The notes below the pieces were generated by a model. It ran no database searches and had not been told where the DNA came from. It was given only the letters and a program-made list of their open reading frames with translations. Position numbers and translations under genes: made by a program. 64,000 nucleotides of DNA from assembly GCA_002104945.1 (NCBI GenBank), contig MCFH01000078.1, forward strand, positions 1-64,000. Reading direction: 5' to 3'. Of the stretch, positions 24,701 to 41,636 are shown in pieces (positions within the stretch are counted from its first letter, which is position 1; the number at the start of each line of letters is the position of its first letter). Source of the DNA: Piromyces finnis finn (lineage: Eukaryota; Fungi; Neocallimastigomycota).

Positions 24701-27700
24701 AAACTCTTGATTCTCCAGCCATAAACGATTATTCTTCCGGGGTTACTTCTCAAAGTTTTGGTACTATAATGTATGATAATCTCGATCCTCTATCTCACGA
24801 TATCATTAATCGTGATTCTACTTCATCTACCGATACCTGCTCTTCTGCCTCTTCCAAAATGACCACAATTTGTACTAAATATAATGCTGTTGAAAGAAAT
24901 GCCTATAGTTTTGATAATACCTCATCCTATTCTGAAGGTACAGCGTTTACCAATGTGAATACTTCATTTAACCAAATAGGTAATCATTTCCAAATGACAC
25001 GAATGACCAATGAAAATGTTTTAGAAGCAAAAGGAAATGATGAGTTTGACAGAATGATGCGTGGTAGTAGTGTTGGTGGAGAAGAAGAAGAAGAAAAGGC
25101 AGAGGATGAATTTGATAGAATGATGCGTGGTAGTAGTGTTGGTGGAGAAGAAGAAGAAGAAGAAGAAAAGGCAGAGGATGAATTTGATAGAATGATGCGT
25201 GGTAGTAGTGTTGGCGGAGAAGAAGAAGAAGAAAAGGCAGAGGATGAATTTGATAGAATGATGCGTGGTAGTAGTGTTGGTGGAGAAGAAGAAGAAGAAA
25301 AAGAAAAGGCAGAGGATGAATTTGATAGAATGATGCGTGAAAGTTATGCTGAAAATAGAAAAGAAAAAGCAGAGAATGAACTTGATAAAAGTAGGAGTGA
25401 AAGCCGTGTTGAAGGCCAAGAAGAAGAAAATGCGAATGATAAATTTGATGGAATGATGGGTGAAAAGAGTATTGAAGAAAAAGTAGATAATACGGTAGAT
25501 AGAAGGATGAGTGAAGGTCTTGTTGAAGAAATAGCAGAGGTTGAATTTAATGGAAGGATGAGTGATCATCCTAGTGCTGAAAAAAAAGAAGACAAGAATG
25601 AACAAGTAAACACAACTTGTAACAATCCTGATTCTGCCATGGATGAACCTTTTGAATCAAGTCAATTAAAACGCATCCATCTTGATGAAACTATGGCACC
25701 ATTTTCGATGGAACCTTCTGATACTGTTAATAATCCTACTATTATTGATGATGTCAAGGAAAAAAGTCACATAGAACAAAACAAAATCAATAGGAACACT
25801 TTTGCTGCTGAACCTGTCACTATTCCATCAAACGAAGTAAATCCAATGCCAATGGAATCTACTACTAATCCTATTCCTGATACGTTGACGGAATACATGA
25901 TGACTCCTCCAATGCCTATGGAGGAATCGTCTTCACTGGGTAAAGAAGTTTTCACTACACATTTACCATTATTCAAAAAGGGTATCTTTGAACCCATAAA
26001 AGAAATGAAGAAAAGTTTTGATACAACTTCAATACTTCATCATAAGAAATCCACCACTACCTGGTTTTCCGAAGATTCTAAAAGTGAAACGGAAGAGTTA
26101 AAGCGTAGTGTCAATACAAAAGAAAGTCTTTTATATCAATCCTCAAAGGAAGATATTCATAAAGATAATGGTGTTAATATTTTATTAGAATTGGAAGAAT
26201 TAGAAAAGAGAAATAAGCATAAAAAGAACGAATTTAGTGAAATATCTTCTACCACTTCATTAAAGTCGGTTCAAATGATTTCAAAATTTAGTCCGCTTAT
26301 GCAATCCCATGATGATGTCCATCATTCATTTTCAAAATCTGAACTACCTCAATATCCTGAACATCAAGATTCAATGGGTAAAGGGGATGAAGTATTATCA
26401 GAAAGTTTTGGTCATCAAGATTCTAATCTTTATTCCATGTATAAAAACAAGAATATTGTAAAGGAAGATTTATCCACTTTATTAACTTCCAATGAATCCT
26501 CCATGCCACCTTTAGTAGAAACAAGCGTCCGTAATAAGAATATTTCCGGACAACGTGAGGATCTCCTCAACCACTGCACCGAGACCAATGAACCAGAGGT
26601 TGGCTTAGCGACATCAAAAGAAAAGGAGGAGAATATCGTAAAAGATCCACAAGCCAATGAAGTTGTTCAAGAAGAAGAAGAAGAAAAGAAGGATGCCATT
26701 ATAAATAAAATAATTGAAGCCAAGATAGCTCAAGAAATTAAAGAGAAATGTGGTGATATTAGTAATAAAGATTTAACCATTAAAATACGAATTAATGAAG
26801 AAGATACGAGTAAAGACATCAATATTGAAATTAAGATTAATCGCAATACCGAAGACAAAATTCCAGCTGTTACAATTGAAACCGAAAAAGACGATGATCA
26901 TCAAGAAGAATCGCAATTAAAGGTAATTACTGCTGCATCCGCCGTATCGGAAACTGAACCAGTGGAAAGCACCGCCGAACCAGTGTTACCATCAGAATCC
27001 ACACAAAATGTAATTATAGAACAAGAAGAAAAGAAAGAGAAGGAACAATTAAATTCATCAGGAGTAGAGGAGGGAGCATTAGTTGAAGCATCTGTTGCTG
27101 TAAGAGAGGGTAATTCCGCCAAAGATATGGCAACCCAAACTATCGAAAATCCCACCGTTCATGACGGTATCAGTGATCCCATTGTGAATAATCAACCTCT
27201 CAATACTATGGAGATGTATAAATCATCCATTCAAAAGAAGAGAAGTGCCATCATTACCACCACCGAATCTAGTAATGATTCTGCCAGTCCAACCTTTCTT
27301 CATAATCTCATCTCCTCTCCATCTACCGTAGCTACAGAAGCCACGGACGTCACTTTATCAATGATAGGAAATGAGGAAGACAAAATGCATAAACAAAGTT
27401 GTTCCATGGATTCCTATGAATCCAAGGCCACCTTGAATGGTTTCAATCTTTCCCATGGTAATTTAGGAGAAGTTGATACCTCTGTTGAGGGTTGTAGAAG
27501 CGAAAGTGAATGTCAAGAGGATCAACATTTTTCAGCCGTGAAGGATAGGAAGAAATTAAAGAGTCCGCCGTTACCTTCCACCGATTCACCTGTTATTCCA
27601 AGCATTACAACCTTTAAAGAAGAAAAAGATCATATTGTGGAATATGGACTATTGGAAAAACAATTTAAATCCTTTTTAAGCCGTCATCATTTACAAGTAG

Positions 27701-28089
27701 AAGAATTAAAGGATAATAATCGTTATTCCGATTCCTTTGTTCGTTATCAAAATGTCGACTTTAAAAAAGAAAGCGAAGTTTTTTCTACCGTTGATGTCGC
27801 CGCCACTGAAACAACAGAACAACATGGAGAACAAGAAACGGAAATGGAATTAACCTCTTCTCAGGATCATGAACTTTTCACGGAATCCTCTCTTTCTGTC
27901 ACGACGACGACCACCACCCCTATCGAGGAAACTATTCCACTATTATTAACAAAGCGTTTACCAAGTACTCTTAATCACCCTCTTCGTCATTTTCCTAGTA
28001 ATCTTAGATACCATTCAGATTCCTACACGGTTACCAACACCACCCCGGTCAATCTTAAGACTTCCCCATCGAACGATGACCTCTTGTAA
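21729..28089 (+). CDS. Rho-family GEF, SH3-DH-PH plus long acidic disordered C-terminus, about 1691 aa; exons 21729-21965, 22141-22410, 22881-23051, 23176-23283, 23372-23467, 23552-23713, 23873-24193, 24292-24325, 24413-28089
   Basis: SH3 (KFNFEASKNDELSF..GGWWEG..IGWFPSDFV), DH (RNEITKDLIHSEEAFIEDI; FLHKPIQRIAKY), DH-PH junction (IEDWVGPGIENYGELLL). All junctions GT-AG with consistent phase. Confidence 0.85.
22571..22830. repeat. Intronic minisatellite, about 40-bp unit (ttttcaacacaatttttttatagag...) in intron 2 of the GEF gene
   Basis: About six tandem copies visible. Confidence 0.85.
25039..25338 (+). repeat. Coding tandem repeat, 63-69 bp unit, DEFDRMMRGSSVGGEEEEEKAE x4 plus a partial copy
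   Basis: Visible in DNA and protein; unit length varies in the GAA tract. Confidence 0.95.
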
Positions 28090-31000
28090 AAAATTCCTTT
28101 TTAATCCATCATCAAACCAATACATAATTAAAAAAAAAAAAAGTATTTTAAAAAAAATTCAACAAAACGGAAAATAAAAAATAAAAGCACACTATAATAA
28201 ATATAAAAATTTTAATCAATTCTATTATAAAAAAATCTTTAAATTTTTTTTATATTTAATCCTTTTTATATGAAACGAAAAACAAAAATAAAGAAAAAAG
28301 GAAAAAGTAAATACTAAAAAAAAAAAAAAAATAGGAAAAAAAAAAAAAAAAAAAAAAATAGGAAAAAGGAAAAAAGTATAATATATATATAAAAAGAAGG
28401 ATTATTATATATATATAATTATATATAAAAAAAGTCATCTTTAATTTTTATACTTTTTTTTATTATTATTATTAATTTCTTTTCTCTCTTTTATTTTTTT
28501 GAAAAAAAAAAAAGTCAAAAGAATACAACATACTATTTTTTTTTTTTTTCATTCCATTCCATTTCATTTCCTTTTTTTTTTTTATTATTATTATTTTTAC
28601 CAAATTTATTTTTAACATCGTTTATCTAGATAAAAAAAAAAAAAAAAAGAAAGAAAAAGAGTAATATATGCTTTTATACCTATATAAAAAAAAAAAAAAA
28701 ACTTTTCAACTATTTTATTATAGATCAAATAAAAAAAAAAAGCAAATTATATATATGTTAAAAAAAAAAAAGAAAATAATTACATAATTAAAAAAAAAAA
28801 GTATTTATAGATATAAAATAGATATAGTCTTTAAAGTTATTTGTTATTATTTAAAAAAAAAAGCAAAGCAAAGCAAAAAATAAAAATAAATGTAAAAAAT
28901 AAAGATATAAAAAAAAAAAAAAAAAAAAATTTTTTTTAAAAGAAAATATTTACATCTTATAAAATAATATTTGGTATAAAGGGATGTAGGTGTAGATGGT
29001 GGTAATGATGGTGTAGAAGAATACTTTCCTATTGAATATTTTTCTTTTTAATATTTTTAAAATTAAAAAGAAAATTTTTTATTATTATTATCATTATTAT
29101 TATTGTTATTATTCTAATTATTATTATTATTATTATTTTATTGTTATTTTTGACTTTTTATCCTTGATGTGTATAGACCGACCGACAATAACCGGGCATT
29201 CTTGTTTATTTAATAACTATGGCAATAATTACTTTTATCATAAAAAAAAAAGTCATAAATAAGGTATTAAAATAAATAAAAGAAAAGAAATGACGCTTCG
29301 AATGAAAAAAGATTAAAAAAAAGAAAAAGAAAAAAAACAATACTAATTAAATATAATATCTATTATTCCATATCAGTTTAAATCAACAACCCACAAAAAG
29401 AAACATTTAAAATAAAAAAAAGTCAATGTAACGAATACTAATCATAATTTCATATTTGAACAATCTTTGATATTTATATATTTAGTTATACTACTACTAT
29501 TAAAAACTTTATGTAACCATTATATATATATATATATTTTTTTTTTTTAGATTAAAATAACAAGAGTATTTAACTAAACGAATATCTTTTTTTTTTAAAA
29601 AAAAAAAAAAACTTTAATTCTTTTAATGTCTGTACTATTGTATTTTTATTTACATAAAATAAATAATAAAAAAAAAGGCATCGCGTTCGTGCTATTACAT
29701 TACAATACCTTTTTTACTTTTAAAAATAAAGTTTATTAAATAAGATTAATAAAGTTTAGAATTGTAAAAAAACTATGTTTAAAATTTTACGAAAATACAA
29801 TTCTGAATATTAACTTTTTTTTTTTAAAAAAAAGGTTTATGGATACTTTGCTATTTTTGACAATTTATATTTATTTTATTTAAAACTTTAAGGTATTCCT
29901 CTTTTTTTTTATTCATAGTAAAAAAAAAAAAACTGGCCTTGTTTTTTTTTTAGTTTTTTTACTTGCCTCTTCTGGTATTTCTTTGTATAAAATTTTTTAT
30001 TCAACTTTTGCCTAAATCTAAGCAGAATATTAATAAAATGTTTGTGGTAAAAAGTAAAAAAAAAAAAAAAAAAAATAAAATTTCAATTGCTTTTACTGTA
30101 GTTAAATATATTATTAGTATATTCCAATATATGTAAATATTTATTAAATAATTTAATTCATTAAAATAAAAAATCAAATTAAAATTTTTAAAAAAATCCA
30201 CAAAATTATTGATTATAAAACCTAATCCTTTTAATCTTGATTTATAACAAAATAGAACTTTGTATTTTTTAATAATAAACAAACTTTATAACTCTATTTT
30301 TTATAACTACATAACAAGCCTTCAATAACAAAAAAATTATAATTTGAATTGAATAAATTTTTATCAAAGTTTCATTGCAGATGATCTACCATAAAAAATT
30401 TATTCTTTTGGCAAAGACACTGGCAAGTATTTTTCTTTTTATTTCATCTTTTTTTGTTTAATATCTCATATATTATAATATATGGATCAACAATGGTTTA
30501 ATATAAATATAATCATATTCTACATATATGGACATTATATACTATTTAATTCAATTTCTATTTAATAAACGAAATAATTAAAAAAAAAAAACATTTGAAC
30601 AAATTTATTATAAAATATAATAAATATATTAACCTATATATATTAGAATAGACTTGAATATATTATAAAAGAATATATCAAAGATTTAATACTCCATTTT
30701 TAATCTATTAAAATGCTTAAAGAATATTATTTATATAAATCCAATATATTATAATATATGAATAATATATGATAATAATATATCAAATATTAAAATAAAA
30801 TTTCCAAAAAGAATAAACACTAAAAATTTATTTAATTATTAGTTTATTTATTCATTCAATTAATATTAGTTATTTATTTAATTTATATTTGTATTCATTG
30901 AATTATTTGACGTTGTCAAGATTAAAAAATTGATGTGTTTTAAATGTCATGACTCTAAAACAATCAAGAAGAAGAAGAAGAAGAAGGTTTAAAAAAAAAA

Positions 31001-33319
31001 AGGAAAACTTTGTATCCTTTCTTCCTTTGCAATCAATACTAAACTATACACTTTAGAAATAACAATAATACTAAAATATAATAATTTCGTTTCTTTTTTT
31101 TTTTTTTTTAATTAGGGAATTCTGTCATAATCAAAGTTTTTTTGATCAAGGAGATTTTTTTAGGAAATGTATGTAAAACATTAATATTAAAGCCACATAT
31201 AATTAATATTTATAAATGTTTAATAGTCTATTAAACGTAATAATATTATATAATAAGCCATGATAGAATAAATTTATTAATATTAAAATTTGTGGTTAAA
31301 ATATACCAAACCCTAATTTTTATTAACTCATTCCATAGGAAAATAGTTTATTTACGTAATGTATTTACATTTTATTATAAAATAAAGTTTTAATATGAAC
31401 AAATTAAATTATTTAAAAAGATTTAATAATTTTTAATATTTATTATATCATCATAAATAATAAATTTTTATTATTATTATTATTATTATTTATATATAAA
31501 TATTATTATTCCTTTTTTTTTTTTTTTTTTATAATCTTATTTTTTATTATTTATTAGCATAATAAAAGGGAAAAAAAAAAAAAAGAAAAGGAAAGGAAAA
31601 AGGCATCTTTTTTTCTTCTTCTTCTTCTTCTTCTTCTTTATTATAACATTATTCGGTGAAATTTCTTTATTTTTTGGTTGCTTATAAATAAAGAAACTCC
31701 TTTCTTGATGAACTTTTTTTTTTTTAAATATAAACATTTGAAGTAAAGAAAGGAGATTAAAAATATTTATCTATAAAATAATCTTTACAAAAAAAAAAAA
31801 AAGTAGAAATTATAGTAATATATTTATTTATCATCTTTAATTCTAAAATTTCAATCAGTTATTCCTTAAAGACTCTATAAAATCAAATTTAAAAGATTTA
31901 AAGAAGAAATAAATATTAGATATATTAATATTAACGATATAAAAAAAAAAATAAAAAAATAAAAATAAAAACAATAAAAAAATTAAAAAAAAAAAAAAAA
32001 ATCAAGGTAAAAAAAAAATAAGCAGAAGTGATAATAATATTAAAAAAAAAAAAGTTTAAAGTAAAATTATAACCCATCTTGTCATCTAATAATTAAAAAT
32101 TTTAAAAAAGCAAAAAAAAAAAAAAAAAAAACCCCCGATTTAAATAATTATTTATTGATTTATAAAAAATATTTTAATCTGAAAAAAAAAGTATTGCTAC
32201 TAAACTAAATAATAATAACAATAATATTCCCCTAAAAAGTATACTAAGAAAAAAAAAAAAGAGTATATAAATATTAATTATTATTAATATTTAACACTTG
32301 GCTATTTAACTGTAAGTTAAATTTTAAAAATAATAATGTATATTTATTTATATAATAGTATAAATTTTAATTTATTTCATTTCAATAGTATTTCAAATTA
32401 TTTAATAACATAACTAGTTTATAAATAGTTTATTTACTTTACATTTATTTCATCTGTTTTTTTTTTTTAGTAAATATTTAATTATTATTTTTTATTATTC
32501 ATTCTAAATTTACCTTTTTTTTTATTATTAATATTGATATATATATATATAGTACATACATTTATTAATACCATTTTTGTTTATTCCTTATAATAATAAG
32601 TAATATTTAATACAATTTTAAAAAAAAATAACATTATCAACAACAATAGCAACAACAATAATAAAACTATTCTTTCACATTATATAGTTACGATATTTTT
32701 TAAAGTCAAACAGAAAACAATAATTATTTTTTTGTGTTGTCATTAATATATATAAATTAACAAATAATATATAATAGAACTTTTTTATTTCCACATTAGT
32801 TTATCATAATTTAAAATATTACTCTATTCAGTATCCTAAAAACGAACTCAACTTTATAAAAGTACAGAGTATTTTTTTTTAATCCATTAAAGTTATTTTA
32901 TGTATATATCAAAATATATATTTGATTTTTAGGATTCCTAAAAGTGAAATAATCTTGACATTGATTCAATATTATAATACTATTGATATAATATCTTTTT
33001 TTTTAAATAATCACTATAATTATCAACAGTTTATTGTGTTTTCTTTTTTTTTTTTTTTTGAAAAAATAGTAGTATTAATAAATATAGAAAAACATTATTT
33101 TTATAAAGACACAATTTTAAAAAAAAAATAATTATAGTTGTGCCAAATAGCTACCTATATAAATAGTATTAATTTATTTTAAAAAAAAAGAAAAAGAGAT
33201 TTATTATATCAATTTTTGTTCAAGATTTTTTTTTTTAAATCTTTTGTGATACGGATTCGTTAAAAAAAAATAGTATAATCCTATATATATATATAATTCA
33301 ATATCCTTTAGAAAATAAA

Positions 33320-35147
33320 ATGGAAAAAGGAGAAAGCAATACACAACAAGCATCGAGTGAAAATAACAAAGAGAAATTAAAGAAAACAGAAATGATACCT
33401 ACAGAGTCAAATAAAGTTTCAAAAGATACTTCATTAACATCAGATAAAAAAAAATCAGAGTCAGAATCAAGTGATAACAAGGTGAATTCCCTCATCACTC
33501 AAGTCAGTGAAAATAGTGATGAAGTTAAGAAAAATAATAGTAAAGCAAAAAAATCTACTTTGAAAAAAATAAAAAAAATAGATAATAATAATACTATCTT
33601 TCCAACTGAAAATGATGAAACTGATGCTGAAACAAAACTTCTTAGTAGTAAAAATACCTCAAATAACGATACATTAAAAAAAACAAAAATAAAACAACAA
33701 ATGAATGAAATGTCAAACAATAATTCACTATTTAAATCATTATTTTTTTCATGTTTTGGTTGCTTTGTATGTAAAAATACAGAAGCCGATACAATAAAAA
33801 CAACCAATAATACTAGTAATACCGCATCAAAAAATATTAATAATACAGATTTAGAAAGTTTAACTTCACCCATTAATACATCGATACCCCAAAATAAAAA
33901 AACACAAAATAGAATATCCATCAATTCAGAAGATCTTAAGAAAAAATCTGAAGAAGTATGTTTTTTTTTTTTTTTTTTTTTTTTTTGAATACATAACTAG
34001 GTTTAGGAAAAGAAAAAAAAAATATAGAAATTGAAAACGTATAGATATTAAAAAAGTTTGGATGTTAAAAGAGTATAGAGATTAAAAGAGTATAGAGATT
34101 AAAAAAGTATAGACATTAAAAAAGTATAGACATTAAAAAAGTATAGATATTAAAAGAGTATAGATATTGAAAAATGTAAAAAATAGAAAAAAAAAATAGA
34201 GTTAAGTTTTATAGGATAAATAGAAAAAGGATCTAAAACATCAATATAAAGATATTATGTATATTTAATCGAAAATAAAAACTAATACTTAGGATATTCA
34301 TCTTTATATATATATTAGGATAAACCAAATAAATGGCTTTTAAAACCACAAATTCCAGAAGACGTTGGTAAAAAGACATTAGTATTAGATTTGGATGAAA
34401 CTTTAGTTCACAGTTCATTCAAGGTAAAAATAAAGGAAATATATATATATATATTTATCATTATTACCATCAAGTTTACCTAATAATTTTTTTTGTACTC
34501 TTTTATAATAGCCAATAGCACAGCCAGATTATGTTATTCCAGTTCAGATAGAAAATCAAGTACATAATGTATATGTTTTAAAGAGACCCGGTGTTGATGA
34601 ATTTTTAAGAGCTATGGGTGAAATATATGAAATTGTAATTTTCACAGCTAGTGTTGGAAAGGTAAATAACGAGTGATTCTTTTATTTTACAATAACAACC
34701 ACAACAATAATAATAATATAAAATAAAAAAAAAAGATGATAATGAAAAGTAGTGATTGATAATAACCTTTAAAATCTAATTTAATTTTTTTAATGGTCCA
34801 TTTTTTTTTTTTTTTTATTATTAAATGCAATAATCTAGTATGCTGATCCAGTACTTGATACATTAGATAAATACAAGGTAGTAAGGCATCGTTTATTTAG
34901 AGAAGCATGTATTCATTATAAAGGAAATTATGTCAAAGATTTAAGTCAACTTGGTAGAAATTTAAAGCATGTTATTATATTAGATAATTCACCTGCTTCC
35001 TATATTTTCCATCCAACAAATGCTATACCAGTCACTAGTTGGTTCAATGATCCAGAAGACAATGAACTTTATGAATTAATACCATTTTTAATGGATCTCA
35101 AGAAAGTAGATAATGTCACATTAGTATTAGATAATAATAATGAATGA
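33320..35147 (+). CDS. PSR1: FCP1/SCP-family (NIF domain) protein phosphatase, Psr1/Psr2-like; exons 33320-33955, 34319-34423, 34512-34661, 34839-35147
   Basis: [15 protein letters not shown] (DxDxT motif), [56 protein letters not shown]. Confidence 0.92.
34064..34169. repeat. Intronic 18-bp tandem repeat (ttaaaa[a/g]agtataga[g/c/t]a) x about 6
   Basis: Visible in intron 1 of the phosphatase gene. Confidence 0.85.
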
Positions 35148-35988
35148 TAATATATAACTTTTTATTTTTATATTCTTTTTTTTTTTTTCTAAAAAAAAAA
35201 AAAACAAAAAAAACTTATCCTTTCAAATTAAAGTAACTACTACCTTTAAAAAAAATAAACATTTATAGAAATTAGAGTTTTTTTTTTTTTTAATATTATT
35301 ATTGATGTTTTATCTGATATATATATATATATAACTCCTTCTCCTACTTTAGTACAACCTTTAAAAAATACACCATATCATCATTATTTTATAAATTATA
35401 TTTAAACCACAATGAATTTTTATTATAGATAGAAACAAATAATAATTTATAATAATAGAGCAAAAGTATGAATTTTAAAGTGCGTACACTACACATACAT
35501 AAAAAAAAAAAAAAAGAAACCCAAACCTTTCTTTACCATTACTAAATTTACAATTTATAGTAAACGATTAAATTTCATTTAAAAAAAAAAATTAAAACTT
35601 TTTTTCTTCTTTATATATATATATAAAATAAAATAAAATAAAATAATAATATTTAATTTTTCATTATTATTAATAAATTAAAATAAAATAAAAAAAAAAT
35701 AATAAAAAAGACCATTATCATTTTTTAAAAAAAAAAGAGATTTTTTTTATTTTTATTTTTAATTTATTATTTAAAAAAAAAAAAAAAAAAAAACGACTAT
35801 TTTGGGAAATGGATCCTTTTTATTATTATCTTTTTCTAATTTTACTACCTTGAAGCTAATGTAAAATTTAAAAAAAGTTGGATTTTATTGAAAAAAAAAA
35901 ATTCATTTTTATAAAAAAAAAAAGAAACCAAAAAAAAAAAAAAAAAAAAAAAAACCTAATTAAAAAACCTTTTTTTAATATATTTAAC

Positions 35989-36020
<32 letters not shown>

Positions 36021-37724
36021 ATATATATAAAAAAGCTTTAAAAGAAATTTCACTGACCATTTTTTTTTTTTCCCCATACTATAAAATATTTATTAAAAAA
36101 AAAAAAAATTATCTTTTGTGCAGTAATAATAGCACTAAATCAGAATTAAAAAAAAAAAAAAAAAAAAAAAAACTATTAATCTATTAATATATATATATTT
36201 CCTTTTTTTTTTTTTTTTTAATAATTTTTTTATAAAAAAAAAAAAAAAACTATCTTTGTTATTATTACCTAAAAATTATATTAAAAAAAAAAAAAAGAAT
36301 ATTTTTTCAAATTTTTTTTATTATTATTATTTTTAATTCTAAAGAATATTAAACTAAAAAAAATATTGAAAAAAAAAAAAATTACTATATATTAATACCT
36401 ACTTTTTTTTTTTTTTAATCTATTTAAAAAAAAAAAAAAAACATATCTATAATTATATAATATATTTTTTTTTCCTTTATTATTTTTACTTTTTTTTTTT
36501 TAAATTAAAAAGGTAAAAATACAAAAAAAAAAAAAAGATAAAAATTAAGAGAGATTATTAAAAGGCTGAAGATATTTAAATAAATAGGGTGTATAATTTA
36601 TAAAAGAAAAATAAATAAAATAAAATAAAAAATATTTGAAACTTTTATTTATTCTAGTTGGTTTATACGATAAAAGGGTTTAATTATTATATATTTGTGT
36701 ATAATGATTGTATCTGACCGTTAAGGTGCTTTTAAAAAGTTAAATTTTTTTTTTATATATATATATATATAATATTTAATGATTTGTTTAGAATTAGTCA
36801 TTATTAAAATATTAGGTACAAGACATCTTCATGCCAATTATAATTTTAATTTTTAAAAAGTTAGCCATCATCATCATAATATTTTAATTTTTTTTATGAG
36901 ATTTTTCAACTTTTTTTTAATCGAAAGCTGTCATAATTCATATATGATCTTTACTAAGTTTTTATTTTTATTCTTTTTTTATATAGTTTATAGTTTTTTT
37001 TTTTTTTTTATCGCTTTACTTCTTTTTCTTCTTCCCATTTTTTTTTTTCCTTTTTAATTTCCTTTATGCTCTTTAAAAAATTTATGATTGTTTTGCTAGC
37101 CTTGTTGTCGTCCAATATTGTTTGTATTATAACAATACTAATCATTATAGATAAATTTTTTTTTTCAATCCTATTTATTAACTATTTCTTAAAAGCAACA
37201 ACTTTTTCTTCTTCTTCTTCTTCTTCTTTAAATTACTATTACCCATCATCAAATAATCAAATTACCAAATAATAATTATTTATTTGTACCTCACCACAAA
37301 TTCTTCTTTTTCTACTACTACTACTACTACTACCTTTTCCAATATTACGGCCTCTCCTTAACACCTCCAAGTCATCCTTGATCAACTGAGAAAACATTTT
37401 TTTTTTTCTAGACTAGGAAGAGAATACACATCTTTTATTCATTTATTTAATTAGTGATATTACATAATATTAGATGATAATACATATTGGTATTGATATA
37501 ATAAATAATAAATAAAAATAATAAAATATATATAAATAAAAATATAATTATTTAAGTTGCATAAAAGTTTAATGAACTCTGCAATTTGTACTGTGTGGGA
37601 TTGGTTCCCACCTAATAAATTAAATGAAATAATAAAAAAAAAAAAAAAAAAAAGTATCATCAGGTAGGATGGTGTGGTGTCCACTAAACTCTCCCATGAA
37701 CTCATAATGTTTTCATTCAAAGAA

Positions 37725-38130
37725 ATACTAACATTGAACTCTGTGTACGATCGATCGGACGAGATCTTTAATAATACAATTTGATTTTCTCCATTTAACA
37801 AAACATTTCACTTGTTGCGCAGCATAAATACCTGAAAGGGTAGGAATCTTCATATCTCTTGTAAGAGCATACAGACGAATAAATGAATTTCGTTCGAAAA
37901 CAAAATCTTTGGTATTAAGACTTTTATTGTGAAAGCTATTGACACTCCATAAAACAGCAGTATTGATAAGAGATTGGTCTCTTCTAATTCTATTTTTGTT
38001 GGAATCAAGTAAAGGAGCATAATAAGAGACTTTGCTTAAAATATAGGAATGAATGACTATATTTTTTAAGCCAATGGGAACACAATTGTTAGTGAGAAAG
38101 CTCTTAAAAGAGAATAAAGAAACTGAGAAA
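37725..38130 (-). mobile_element. Relic fragment of a second, diverged LINE family (post-RT region)
   Basis: Manual translation ILSKVSYYAPLLDSNKNR...SFIRLYALTRDMKIPTLSGIYAAQQVKCFVKWRKSNCIIKDLV aligns with VISRVSYFAPLLGSNKAR...SFISLYSISKDLNIPPLSAKCALAQVRCFNKWKNSNCIISHLV of the 1508-aa ORF. Confidence 0.85.
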
Positions 38131-38690
38131 ACATGCCATTTTTAAAAATAATAAATCTTTTAAAAATTTTTTTGTCTGTTTGTTTGTTTGTTTTGTTTGT
38201 TTGCTAGCTTGCTTGCTTACATCATTACCCTGAATCTTGTAATTCCTTTAAATTACAAAACAGTTTAATATCCTTTGCCTTTCACCTCACCGCCACCACC
38301 TACCATCAACAACTTCTTCCCTCTATCAAGATTTTACATTTATAAAATATTTATTCTTTACATACACACCTCCACCTCCACCACTACAATACTACCACCA
38401 TCACCACCATTTTTCTCATTACTATAAACATTATAAAAAAATATTTTTAATTATTTTTATTTGTTTTTGTTGTTTTTTCTCTTTTTTTTTTTTTTTTTAA
38501 TTTATCCTAAATAAAGATGCTTTATTTTGTTTTCCAATTACATATTACTTGAATCTAGAAAAAAAAAAAAACTTTTTTTTCTTACAAAAAATACATTATA
38601 AAAATTATACTATATATCTATTTAATTGAATTGGCAAAACATTTTTTTTATAGATATTCTAAAACGGTTAAAGGTTGTTTTTTTTTTTAC

Positions 38691-41636
<2,946 letters not shown>

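Noticed and set aside
25021-27155. Antisense ORFs within the GEF last exon
   Set aside because: Shadows of the E-rich repeat-coding strand.
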